Assembly: GCA_021795235.1 (NCBI GenBank) | Contig: JAJYPP010000006.1 | Coordinates: 3,333-67,332 of the forward strand | Direction of reading: 5' to 3' | Source: a bacterium | GTDB lineage: Bacteria > Chloroflexota > Dormibacteria > Aeolococcales > Bog-877 | Length of the DNA: 64,000 nt | In this document: piece after piece, positions 19,119 through 28,383 of the stretch | Layout of the letters: every line of letters begins with the position of its first letter | Position numbering within the stretch: position 1 is the first letter of the stretch | Program-made: the position numbers and the translations under genes | Notes under the pieces: generated by a model | What the model saw: only the letters and a program-made list of their open reading frames with translations | What the model was told of the DNA's origin: nothing | Databases searched by the model: none

Positions 19119-20156
19119 TCACGGGCGCCCCGATATGGCCACGCGGGTGATGGCGACCAGGCCGGCCCCAACCAGGGCACAGGCGGGCACCGTGACGATC
19201 CATGCAGTGACCACTCTGGAGACTGTGGGCCAGCGCACGTGATGGCGGCGGCGGGCCGCCCCCACGCCCACCATCCCGGAGGCCACGATCGTGGACGTGC
19301 TCACGGGGGCACCCACATGGCTGGCTCCCAGGATCACCAGCGCCGACCCCGCCTGGGCGGCCAGTTCGTCGAGGGGGCTCCCGCTGTAGAAGCGGGCGGA
19401 GACTGTCCGCACGATCTGGCGGCCACCCACGGCGGTGCCGGCAGCCAGCGTTACCGCGACCAACGCAGTCATCCAGAGTGGAACGGCAAAGTGGGGGAGG
19501 GCTCCGCCCGCAACCAGCAGCCCGGTGCCGAGGCCCATCGCCTTCTGGCCGTCATTGGAACCGTCGGCAAGTGCCACCAGCCCAGCGGTGACCCAGATCA
19601 GGCCCCGCAAGGGACGCAAGGAGCGCCGGGTTGCTCGCTGAGCGACCGGCTTGAGCCCTCTTCGCAGTGCCCCCGCGACGATGCCGCCCAGCATCGGTGA
19701 TATGACCACCGCGGCCAGCGTGCCCGCCACGCCATACGGGCGCCAGCCGTGGATGCCACCCCAGCCGACCGCGCCCCACCCGCCGACGACCGCGGCGGCT
19801 CCCGCCAGCCCGCCCACCAGCCCGATGCTCGCGCTCACCGGGATTCCTCGCCGTGTGGCCAGCACGGTGAAGCCGACGGTGGCCACTCCGCCTGCCAGGT
19901 AGGTGCCAGCCACCTCCGACGGTGGCACGTGAACCAGGGTGATCATGGTGAGCGCCACCGCCTGTCCGGACAGCATCCCCCCGACGGCGTGGAGGATGAA
20001 GGCAAAGCGCATCGCGCCTCGGTACGAGGTCGCGCGGGCGGCGATCAGGGAGGCGCTGGCATTGGGGGCGTCGGAGACTCCGAGCATGAAGGCGAAGCCC
20101 ACGACGACGGCGAACGCCGCGATCCCAAGCAGGCTCACGGGGCGCCGCTGGGGCAC
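19119..20156 (-). CDS. Inorganic phosphate transporter, PiT family
   Basis: FAFMLGVSDAPNASASLIAA near the N-terminus and GSNDGQKAMG in the second half resemble the duplicated PiT (PHO4) signature. Multi-TM. Confidence 0.8.
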   Translation of the reverse strand: MPQRRPVSLLGIAAFAVVVGFAFMLGVSDAPNASASLIAARATSYRGAMRFAFILHAVGGMLSGQAVALTMITLVHVPPSEVAGTYLAGGVATVGFTVLATRRGIPVSASIGLVGGLAGAAAVVGGWGAVGWGGIHGWRPYGVAGTLAAVVISPMLGGIVAGALRRGLKPVAQRATRRSLRPLRGLIWVTAGLVALADGSNDGQKAMGLGTGLLVAGGALPHFAVPLWMTALVAVTLAAGTAVGGRQIVRTVSARFYSGSPLDELAAQAGSALVILGASHVGAPVSTSTIVASGMVGVGAARRRHHVRWPTVSRVVTAWIVTVPACALVGAGLVAITRVAISGRP

Positions 20157-20688
20157 GACCGAGGAAGCCCGCCGCTCCTCTCAGCCATCCCGGCTTCCCC
20201 GGTGGTGGGGACCAGCGGGTGTCCCGGGTGCCAACAGTGGGACTCGAACCGCCACGAGGTTGCACTCCACCGCCATCCACTCCGGTGCGGATCGTCGGGA
20301 CGGACGGGGCCCAGCGGTCTCCGAGGAGCCCTGGGGCCCGGCCGCCGTCCTGCACGGCGCCGCCGCTACCACATCAGGTGCTCTCCTGGACTCGATCGCG
20401 CCGCCGCGTCTCTCCAGGAGAGCCGCACCCGACTCGGGGTCGTGGGCTTCAGCGCGGTCCATGGTCGTCCATTCTGAGAGCAGGGGGCTGCGCGGCCGCC
20501 CACGGGGATCGATCCCGGGACGCTGCGGTCCAGCGGCGGTGCGATGAAACGGCCCGGGTCGGGGCACCAGTGGTGATGCCCTGACGCCATGCCTCTCGCC
20601 CCGGAACTTTGCCGCCCGGTCATGCTTGGACGCCTTTCATCGGCCGCAGCGCACGCTCTTGTGCGCCCCGCCCGCCCCAGCGTGAATC

Positions 20689-21005
20689 TCCGTTGGCACT
20701 GAACTTTGGTAAGCCGACTGCTGTGACACCCCTCGCGGGGTTCCCGCATTGCTGGGTTCGGTTCTGGCCTCATCGAGAACCGCCCGCGCCGAAGCGCTGG
20801 TCTTATGTCCACTCCTCAGGTGACCGGTCATCCGAGCCGCCGCCGGTACCGTCCGAGGACGGCCCGGGAACGAGCGGGGCCGTGGCTCCAACTGAGCCAC
20901 AACTGGCATGGTCCGGCCGGTCGCGGAGGTTTGGGCCTGCGGCTACACCTCCTTGAAACTCATCAGCGCTGATCATGGCACAGCGTACGAGCAACTGTTC
21001 GCAAC
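20689..21005 (-). repeat. Copy A of a ~320-nt non-coding structured element
   Basis: The reverse complement aligns end to end with 28384-28720 (about 9 in 10 positions by eye) with non-triplet indels. Contains hairpins GGAGGT/ACCTCC, GTGGCTC-agttg-GAGCCAC and GCGC-ttcg-GCGC. Confidence 0.75.
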
Positions 21006-21576
21006 TCCATCATTACGGACGGGGGCCCAGGGCTCCGTCCGCTCCCCAGTCTGGGGCAGGACGTACTGGGAGAGGCCGATGCCACTCCGTCGCCTCGGAT
21101 CTCCGGGCACACGGTGGCGGCCGTCGTGCTCGGCCGCAGGGCAACCTGCTGGCGCGGTGAGCTACCAGTGGTCGAGCACCGGCAAGGCGGGTGCCGCTGC
21201 CGGGAACTCCGCCGGCGCCACGGGAGTGAGACGTCCGTCATGGCCCATCGCGGCCCGAGGCGCGTGCAAGACCCGAGGCGGCAAGGGCACCAAGGAAGGG
21301 CACCCGACCGGGGAAGACCGTCTGCCCCGGGTGGGCACTCAGGAGGAACGGTGGCCCCACATTGTCGGGAGCCGATCCGACCGCCACTTCTCCCCCCATC
21401 GCTGTCGATGACCTTGACCTGGCCCCTGAGTGGCTGCAGCCCCGCCTGCTCGAGCGCCAAGAGGAGTATTATGAAAGGTTACCCTTTTCGCAGGTGGGAA
21501 TCCACGTCGGCCCAGCGGTTTGGCGAACCCGAGGGAGGGAGCAGAGATTGCCGGTCGAGGGGTGGTCATGGGGGCG

Positions 21577-21906
21577 GTTGCCAAGCCTCTTCCCGGAGGA
21601 TGGGGTACGGTTGCTCGTGAGACGTGCTGTGACTGGCGCTGATGGGCTTCAGAGAGCGGCAGCCACCGCCCAACACTTCTCTGGCGCGTCGAACACCACT
21701 AGCCCAAGCGCTGCAGTCGATGCCGTGGCTGCGCCGCCAGCGAAAGCGGCGACGGCCAGGACCGGGGGTCATCCGGCGCGGTGGGAGGGAGCGCAAGCCC
21801 AGCGCCAACGGGTCGGGCGGCGCCCGATCAGGCGGAAACCCACAAGGGAATCCCCGGAGAGGGTGTCGAAGGAGCGCGTGCACCAAGGTTCACGCCGCAG
21901 CAACGG
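21577..21906 (+). repeat. Copy C (diverged) of the ~320-nt non-coding element
   Basis: Shares ggttgctcgt..gcgctgatg..agcc.c.gcccaa...gga.tcccc.g.gag.ggtgtc...caccaa.gttcac..gca..aacgg with copies A and B. Hairpins are retained with different sequences (CAGAGA/TCTCTG; CGCCGC-cagcgaaa-GCGGCG). Confidence 0.6.
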
Positions 21907-22237
21907 AGCTCCGCCCGCACTGCCGGGGCCGGGTGTCGCAATGGCCGCATCGACCTCCCTTCGGGGCTCCGCGGGCAGTGGCTCCGAGCCGTGAGCGCCG
22001 GTTCTGTGGGTCGGCGGTCCCAACCATGATGTTCGAGCCTGGGCCCCCTCCGCGGCGGGGAGTCGAGCCGTGGCGCCATGAAGGGGCTGTTCGCGTATTC
22101 CGGCGGGCGCCCCTGAACGCGGCTGGGGCGGCCCGCCCCAGCGCCGGGCGCTCACGCGGGGCGGCGGCAACCTCCCATGGAGAAGGAGAGGGCCGGGAAA
22201 CCCACCCTCCTCCCGGGAAGGCTGGCTGAGGTCCGGC

Positions 22238-23191
22238 ATGGCCACCCGCCTCGCCCCCGAGCTGCAATCCACATTGCCGCAACCGTTGGCGGGACGCCCG
22301 CGGCGGCGGTCCCGGGTCAAGGGGATCCGCTCGGGGAGGTTCGCCGCGCTCTACCTCTCCCCGGCGATGCTGATCTTCCTGGTCTTCACCCTGGGGCCGG
22401 CCATCTTCGTGTTCTACATCAGCTTCTTCAACTGGAACATGCTCAACCCGGCCCAGTCGCAATTCCGGGGCCTGGGCAACTACCAGGAGCTCATCACCTC
22501 GGCAGCCTTCTGGCACTCGGCTCTGATCTCGGCCTACTTCGTGGCCCTGAGCGTGACGATCAGCACCATCGCAGGCTTCGGCCTGGCCATGCTGCTGATC
22601 AGCCGCGGCGGCCTCCGAAACCTTGTCCGTCTCGCCGTGCTCTCTCCCTATTTCACGCCGATTGTCGCCACCTCGATCGTCTGGATCTGGATTTTCAATC
22701 CCCAGTTCGGACTTCTCGACGGAGTCCTGCACGTCCTCCATCTGCCCCAGGTGGGTTGGTTGGAGTCTGAGACCTGGGCTCTGCCGGCCGTGGTTCTCTA
22801 CACGATGTGGCACAACCTTGGCTTCACCGTGATCATATTCATCGCCGGCCTGGCCACCGTGTCGGGCGAGCTTCGGGAGGCCGCCCGGGTGGACGGGGCC
22901 GGGTTCTTGCGCGAGGTCTGGCACGTGGTCCTGCCCCAGATGACCCAGACCGTCCTGTTTGTGGTCGTGATCACCACCATCGGCTCGCTGCAGGCGTTCA
23001 CCCAGTTCTACACCATGACCGGTGGCGGTCCCGTGGATGCCACGACCACCACCGGGTACCTGCTGTATGAGCAGGCGTTCGTCTTCTACAACACCGGTTT
23101 CGCCGCAGCGGTCGCGATGGTCCTGTTCGTGGTGATCGCGCTGTTCACCCTGGCCCAACTCTGGCTCTGGCAGAAGCAGGCCCGGACGTGA
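22238..23191 (+). CDS. Carbohydrate ABC transporter permease (MalF/UgpA-like)
   Basis: Six-TM pattern with the EAA-type loop ELREAARVDGAGFLREVWHVVLPQM. Confidence 0.85.
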   Translation: MATRLAPELQSTLPQPLAGRPRRRSRVKGIRSGRFAALYLSPAMLIFLVFTLGPAIFVFYISFFNWNMLNPAQSQFRGLGNYQELITSAAFWHSALISAYFVALSVTISTIAGFGLAMLLISRGGLRNLVRLAVLSPYFTPIVATSIVWIWIFNPQFGLLDGVLHVLHLPQVGWLESETWALPAVVLYTMWHNLGFTVIIFIAGLATVSGELREAARVDGAGFLREVWHVVLPQMTQTVLFVVVITTIGSLQAFTQFYTMTGGGPVDATTTTGYLLYEQAFVFYNTGFAAAVAMVLFVVIALFTLAQLWLWQKQART

Positions 23192-23291
23192 TGCGGATTC
23201 CTGAGCTGGCGATCCGCCAGTCATCTTCTGACCCAACTCACAGCCAATGGCGAAGTGGAGTTGTCAGCCAACGCAGCAAGGGGGTACGCGC

Positions 23292-24599
23292 ATGAACAAG
23301 CTGAGTGTCAAGTTCGGTATCGGCTCGGTCGTGGCCACGGTGATTCTGATCGTCAGCGGCTGCGGGGCCAGCACCTCGCCCAAACCCAAGGCCACCCCGT
23401 CGGGACCGGTGACGATCTCCTTCATGGAGGCGATGTCATCGGGGACTCTCAAGCCGGCTCTGGAGCAACTGGTCGCGGAGTTTCAGGCCGCGTATCCCAA
23501 GATAACCGTCAATCTGATCGCGGAGCCGAGCTACTCGGTCCTGCAGCAGAAGGAAGAGGCCGCCATAGCTGCCGGCAACCCACCCACCATCGGGCAGGCC
23601 TACGAGAACTGGGCTTCGAGCTACGCCTCCTCCAAGGCGATAATTCCGCTGGCCAGCTTCGTGAACGGAGCCAATGGGATAACCGCCGCGCAGAAGAGCA
23701 AGTTCTGGACCGGGATCTGGAAGGACCTTTACCTGCCCGACGGCAAGATCTGGATGTGGCCCTTCAACAAGAGCGACTTCGTGATGTACTACAACAGCAA
23801 CAGGCTGAGCGCCGACGGGGTCAGCGTGCCTACCACCTGGAGTCAATTCGCGACCGCCGCCAGGACCGTCACCAAGGGGGGCGACTGGGGCCTGAGCATG
23901 GACCCGGGCTCAAGCACCGGACCTGCCAACGGGACCGAGTTCTACATGTCTTTGATCGAAGCCTATGGCGGGCATTGGATCGTCAACGGCAAGCCCGACT
24001 TCGACTCTCCGGCAGCGATCCAGGCGGCCACCTACCTGCAGTCGCTGGTCAAGGCAGGGGCGGTCAAGGTCGGCACCAATTACCCGGGCCAGACCGCCAT
24101 GGGCGCTGGCAGGAGCGCCTTTGACCTCTCGACGATCGCCAGCTACGGCTACAACATGGCTGCGATCGGGGGCAAGTTCCCGATGGGCGTGGCTGCCTTC
24201 CCGAGCGGACCCGGGGGTCAGGGGAACGCCCTTGAGGGCACCAACATCGTCATCTTCTCCGACGCCACCACGGCCCAGAGAGACGCCGGCTGGACCTTCA
24301 TGAAGTGGCTCACCGAGCCGGGCCAGACCGCCTACTGGGCGGAGCACACGGGGTACCTGCCGGTGACCGAGGCGGCCCTGCCCCTGATGACGAGCTACGA
24401 CAGCAGCCATCCCTACCAGGAGATCGCCGCCAAGTCGCTCGACTACGCCACCGGCACTCCGCCCTACGGCTGGTGGACCCAGGCTTCGGGAGAACTCGCC
24501 AGCGCTCTGGAATCGATCCTCATCAACAACGTGTCGCCGTCCTCGGCCCTCAAGACCGCCCAGCAGCAGGCGCTGGCGGCTGAGGCCTCAGCCGGGTGA
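23292..24599 (+). CDS. Extracellular solute-binding lipoprotein (family 1, sugar)
   Basis: MNKLSVKFGIGSVVATVILIVSGCG is a lipoprotein signal with lipobox. The body resembles sugar-binding SBPs. Alternative start at 23247. Confidence 0.8.
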   Translation: MNKLSVKFGIGSVVATVILIVSGCGASTSPKPKATPSGPVTISFMEAMSSGTLKPALEQLVAEFQAAYPKITVNLIAEPSYSVLQQKEEAAIAAGNPPTIGQAYENWASSYASSKAIIPLASFVNGANGITAAQKSKFWTGIWKDLYLPDGKIWMWPFNKSDFVMYYNSNRLSADGVSVPTTWSQFATAARTVTKGGDWGLSMDPGSSTGPANGTEFYMSLIEAYGGHWIVNGKPDFDSPAAIQAATYLQSLVKAGAVKVGTNYPGQTAMGAGRSAFDLSTIASYGYNMAAIGGKFPMGVAAFPSGPGGQGNALEGTNIVIFSDATTAQRDAGWTFMKWLTEPGQTAYWAEHTGYLPVTEAALPLMTSYDSSHPYQEIAAKSLDYATGTPPYGWWTQASGELASALESILINNVSPSSALKTAQQQALAAEASAG

Positions 24600-25498
24600 C
24601 ACCCGTGCAGGCGCCCGCCTCCCAGCCCCGGGCTGGGAGGCGGGGTGGCAGGTCGGCCTTGTTCCGGTTTCTGTGGGGCGCTCGCTCGCGCCGGGCCCGG
24701 GCCGGGGTGGTGGTGCTGGTGATCGGGATCCTCTTCGCGTTCCCCTACTACTGGGTGCTGGTGACCTCGGTCAACAGCCCGGGGCAGGTGTTCGACTTCC
24801 CCCCCCACTTTCTGCCCGGCAGCGATCTGAAGAACTACGTCCAGGCCTGGCAGGGCGCTCCCTGGATTCGCTACTTCCTCAACACCGTGCTGATCTCCTC
24901 GGTCACGGTGGCGATGGCGCTGGTGACCTCACTGCTGGCCGGTTTCGCGCTGGGGGTGATGCACTTCCGGAGCCGCCAGTTCTGGTTCGTCCTGGTGCTG
25001 AGCATGCTGATGATCCCCGCCATGGTGCTGCTGATTCCCGACTACATCATCCTCAAGGACCTGAGCTGGCTGAACACCTATCAGGCTCAGATCGTGCCCT
25101 TCGGCGCCTCCGTGTTCGGAATCTTCCTGTTGCGGCAGTTCTTTCTCGGACTGCCGCAGGAGCTGATCGAGGCGGCGGAACTCGACGGAGCCTCCCAGCT
25201 GGGCTTCCTCTGGCGGATCGGGGTGCCCCTGGCTCGGCCGGCTCTGTTCACGATCGGCCTCTACCTCTTCATCGGGGCCTGGGACAGCTTCCTGTGGCCG
25301 TTCATCATGACCAGCAGTCCCTCCGTACAACCGATCGAGGTCGGTCTGGCCACCTTCTATGGCACCAACGGCACCCTCTGGACCCAGCTCTCGGCGGCGG
25401 TTGTCTTCACCACCCTGCCGGTCATGGTGGTGTTCATGTTCGCCCAGCGGATGCTGGTGAACGGGGTGATCTCGGCCACCAGCGGGGTGAAGGGTTAG
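24596..25498 (+). CDS. Carbohydrate ABC transporter permease (MalG/UgpE-like)
   Basis: GTGA overlap with the SBP stop. EAA loop ELIEAAELDGASQLGFLWRIGVPLARP. Confidence 0.85.
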   Translation: MTPVQAPASQPRAGRRGGRSALFRFLWGARSRRARAGVVVLVIGILFAFPYYWVLVTSVNSPGQVFDFPPHFLPGSDLKNYVQAWQGAPWIRYFLNTVLISSVTVAMALVTSLLAGFALGVMHFRSRQFWFVLVLSMLMIPAMVLLIPDYIILKDLSWLNTYQAQIVPFGASVFGIFLLRQFFLGLPQELIEAAELDGASQLGFLWRIGVPLARPALFTIGLYLFIGAWDSFLWPFIMTSSPSVQPIEVGLATFYGTNGTLWTQLSAAVVFTTLPVMVVFMFAQRMLVNGVISATSGVKG

Positions 25499-26218
25499 AT
25501 GGCGACCGTAGCTGCGATAGTGGTGATGGACCTGGATGGCACTCTGTACCGAGGGGCGGCGCCGTACCGCTATTACGCCCGGCGAATAGCGGACTCTCTT
25601 CCCGAGGAGAGGCGGGGGGAGTATCTGCAGGCGGTGGAGCGGTTCCTGGCGGGGGAGTCCCGGGTGCAGGCTGCCGATGGCTGGGAGGCGGCGGTGGTAC
25701 TGGCGGGCGGGCCAGCCGGGAACTCCAGTGGCTTCTCCCAGGCATTTCTGGAGACCCGGAGGTTCATGCTGGAGAAGCGCTGCGAACTGGAGATCCCGTT
25801 CGGGATGACGGAGTTCTTGGCTCAGGCCCGGCGCCGGGCCCGGCTGGTCCTGGTGACCAACACACCGGCTGAGTACGTGTTCCCGCTGCTGCAACGCCTG
25901 GGACTGGGGAGCAACTTCGACGAGGTCTGCTGCGGGGCGGAGAAGCCCTCGCGATTGGGGCCCAGGCTGACCGCACTGGCCGAGGTCTTCGGCCTCGCTC
26001 CCCAGGCGGTCCTTAGCGTCGGCGACCACTTCTTGAACGACATCGCCCCGGCGCTGACCGCGGGGTGCACCACCGCCTATCTGGATCCATATGGGATCGG
26101 ACCCTCAGGGCAGACGACCTTCGAGTCGCCTGACTTCGAAGGGCTGGCAGAGCCACTCTCCAACTGGCTGGCATCGACTGCAGCGACGGCGGTGCCAGGT
26201 CTGGGATGGCGCCGGTAG
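25499..26218 (+). CDS. HAD-superfamily hydrolase
   Basis: VVMDLDGTLY (motif I DxDGT), LVTNTP (motif II) and SVGDHFLNDI (motif IV). The ATG directly follows the permease stop. Confidence 0.75.
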   Translation: MATVAAIVVMDLDGTLYRGAAPYRYYARRIADSLPEERRGEYLQAVERFLAGESRVQAADGWEAAVVLAGGPAGNSSGFSQAFLETRRFMLEKRCELEIPFGMTEFLAQARRRARLVLVTNTPAEYVFPLLQRLGLGSNFDEVCCGAEKPSRLGPRLTALAEVFGLAPQAVLSVGDHFLNDIAPALTAGCTTAYLDPYGIGPSGQTTFESPDFEGLAEPLSNWLASTAATAVPGLGWRR

Positions 26219-26350
26219 GGCCGGAAGCGAGCGCCACGGTGATACGATGAAAGGTTGGCCTTCTGGCGACGCTCGCGGATGCCGGGGCCCCGAGGGGAGA
26301 GGCGGTCGCGGCGTCTCGGCCCCGGCGCCAGAGGTGACTGGAGATGAGCG

Positions 26351-27649
26351 ATGACCAAACTGCGGTTCGAAGGCGGCGTGGGTTCGATCGGGTCGTCGAA
26401 GGTGATGGTGGAGGATGGGGGATTCCGGGTCCTGCTGGATCTGGGCGACGCCATCCCAGGGGAGCGGGGCCTTCTGATGGCGCCGGTGGTTTCGCGGCCG
26501 GGGTCCGAACTTCGCGATCGGCTGCGGGTCAGGGAGGCGCCGGCGATTGAGCATCTCTATCGGCGCGAAGCCGTCGGCGAGGTGGGCCCGGAGGGCGGCG
26601 GCGACGGTCGCACGGCGCTCTTCCTCAGCCACTGCCACATCGACCACGTGGGATTGATTGGATGGGTGGCGGACGACGTTCCCATCTACGGATCAGCGGA
26701 GACCGTGCGCATGCTGGACGCGCTCGAGGCGGCTGGTGAGCCCCTGGAGGGCGGTCCCCACCACGTCCAGGTTCTGGGCGAGGACCAGCCGATCCAGGTC
26801 GGTCCCATGACGGTGGTGCGCCATGCGGTGGATCATGACGTTGAGGGGGCCTCCGGTTATTCCGTGCACACCACCCAGGGAACAGTCGCCTACAGCGGTG
26901 ACCTGCGGCTGCATGGGCGCCATCCCGAGCTCACCGAGCGTTTCGCGCGGAGGGTGAGGGGGGCGGCGGCCCTGGTCATCGAAGGGACAACATTGAGCGG
27001 CGACCCGAGTGCGCCGATGCGAGATGAGCCGGCCGTGGATCGGCTCTTCGCTGAGGCCCTGGCCCAGACCCCAGGACTGGTGCTGATGTCGCTCTATCCC
27101 CGCGATATCGAGCGGGTTCGAGCCTTCCTGCAGTTGGCGCGCGGGGCGCACCGTCGCATCCTCTGGCCGGAGCCGATGGCGCGTTTCCTGGCCGCATACG
27201 GGGTGGTCGGGGTGGAGACGTACCTGCCCCAGCGGTCACCCGCCGAGGTGAGCCATGATCCGGCAGGTTTCGTGATCCAGATCGCGATGGAGTCACTGGC
27301 CGACATTCTCGATCTGCCGCTGGGTCCCGGTTCACTCTTCCTGCATGCCAACGGCGAGCCGCTGGGGCCCTTCCAGCCGTCGTGGCAGCTACTGCAGAAT
27401 TGGCTGCGATTCCTGGACGTGCCCTTTCGCTCGATCGGCACCAGTGGGCACGCAGCACCGGACGACCTCCACCATCTGGTCGCCGAGGCCGCTCCCGCGA
27501 CCGTCTATCCGCTCCACACCGCCGACCCATTCCGGCTGCTGCCGCCTCCCGGGACCGTCCGCATCCTGCCCCGCTACGGACGGGAGTATCCGCTGGCCCC
27601 CGCGCTGGGACGGGGGAGCGAACAGGATGCGGGGGCAGGACCGAAGTGA
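26351..27649 (+). CDS. MBL-fold metallo-hydrolase, RNase J / beta-CASP-like
   Basis: GGVGSIGSSKVMVEDGGFRVLLDLG then LFLSHCHIDHVGLIGW (HxHxDH). Later GTSGHAAPDDL resembles the C-terminal His motif of beta-CASP nucleases. Confidence 0.65.
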   Translation: MTKLRFEGGVGSIGSSKVMVEDGGFRVLLDLGDAIPGERGLLMAPVVSRPGSELRDRLRVREAPAIEHLYRREAVGEVGPEGGGDGRTALFLSHCHIDHVGLIGWVADDVPIYGSAETVRMLDALEAAGEPLEGGPHHVQVLGEDQPIQVGPMTVVRHAVDHDVEGASGYSVHTTQGTVAYSGDLRLHGRHPELTERFARRVRGAAALVIEGTTLSGDPSAPMRDEPAVDRLFAEALAQTPGLVLMSLYPRDIERVRAFLQLARGAHRRILWPEPMARFLAAYGVVGVETYLPQRSPAEVSHDPAGFVIQIAMESLADILDLPLGPGSLFLHANGEPLGPFQPSWQLLQNWLRFLDVPFRSIGTSGHAAPDDLHHLVAEAAPATVYPLHTADPFRLLPPPGTVRILPRYGREYPLAPALGRGSEQDAGAGPK

Positions 27650-28182
27650 CGGCGGTGGTGGCCGGACCGGGAATGGGTGCCGTCGGGACCAGTGGCCAGG
27701 AGCATCCTGCCGGCGCGGCCCTGGGGGACGAGCGGTCGGAGACCATCTGCGTCGACCTCGACTCGACGCTCTGCGACACCCGCCACCGCCATCCCATGGT
27801 CCTCTCCGGTGAGGACCGCGACCGCACTGACTGGGTGGCGTATTCACTGGCCTGCGAGGCCGACGCCCCGATCCAGGGCACCTGCCACTTGGTCCGCCTG
27901 CTGGTCCGCCACTACCGGATCGTGCTGGTCAGCTCCCGGGACGAGGCCGCCCGCAGCCTCACAGAGCGCTGGCTGGAGGAGTACGACGTTCCTTACGACG
28001 AGCTGATCCTGGGCGGAGTGGCAGGGGCCCCCGAGGGCCTGGAAGAGTTCAAGGTCCACCACGTCCGCAGCCTTCTGGAGCGAGGCGAGAAGGTGGTGCT
28101 GGTGATCGATGACCTGCCCACCCTCCCGGCGGCCATGGCCGCTGTGGGGGTTCCAACACTGAGCGTCCGACCGCCGTACTGA
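27646..28182 (+). CDS. HAD-like phosphatase (polynucleotide 3'-phosphatase / PNKP-type fold)
   Basis: ICVDLDSTLCDTRHR (DxDxT), IVLVSSRDE and VLVIDDLP. GTG 27646 forms a GTGA overlap with the MBL stop. Alternative ATG at 27673. Confidence 0.55.
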   Translation: MTAVVAGPGMGAVGTSGQEHPAGAALGDERSETICVDLDSTLCDTRHRHPMVLSGEDRDRTDWVAYSLACEADAPIQGTCHLVRLLVRHYRIVLVSSRDEAARSLTERWLEEYDVPYDELILGGVAGAPEGLEEFKVHHVRSLLERGEKVVLVIDDLPTLPAAMAAVGVPTLSVRPPY

Positions 28183-28383
28183 CGCCGGCCGCAGGGTGCG
28201 GGCGACTGGAAGACAACTCAGGGAGATCGTCGCCGGGTCGAAGTGGGCGCGGGCTCGACGGTTTGGACGACTCGGCCGTGGATGTCGACCGAGTCATGGC
28301 GCCGAGCGGTGGTGGGGACGCCCTGGATCAGCTCGGCAGTTGGTGCCGGTCAGGGCAGCTCCGGTGCCATCAGCGTGCCGGGG

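Noticed and set aside
20227-20256. tRNA T-arm-like string on the minus strand (GGCGGTTCGAGTCCCACTGTTGGCACC). A weaker look-alike lies at 29918-29945; the two might mark att sites of an island.
   Set aside because: The T-stem does not pair canonically, there is no matching 5' acceptor strand or anticodon arm, and the two fragments align poorly with each other. At most it is a decayed tRNA fragment.
20157-20688. Possibility that the region upstream of PiT (minus strand) is a tmRNA or RNase P RNA.
   Set aside because: No GGAAAGTCCGGGC / ACAGAACCCGGCTTA RNase P core was found. There is no GGGG...TTCGAC 5' end paired to a ...CTCCACCA 3' end, and no plausible tag ORF ending in a stop.
20940-20975. 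CUGAUGAG in repeat copies A and B, suggestive of a hammerhead ribozyme core.
   Set aside because: No GAAA core element or cleavage-site helix follows in the right register, and copy C has CUGAUGGG at this position.
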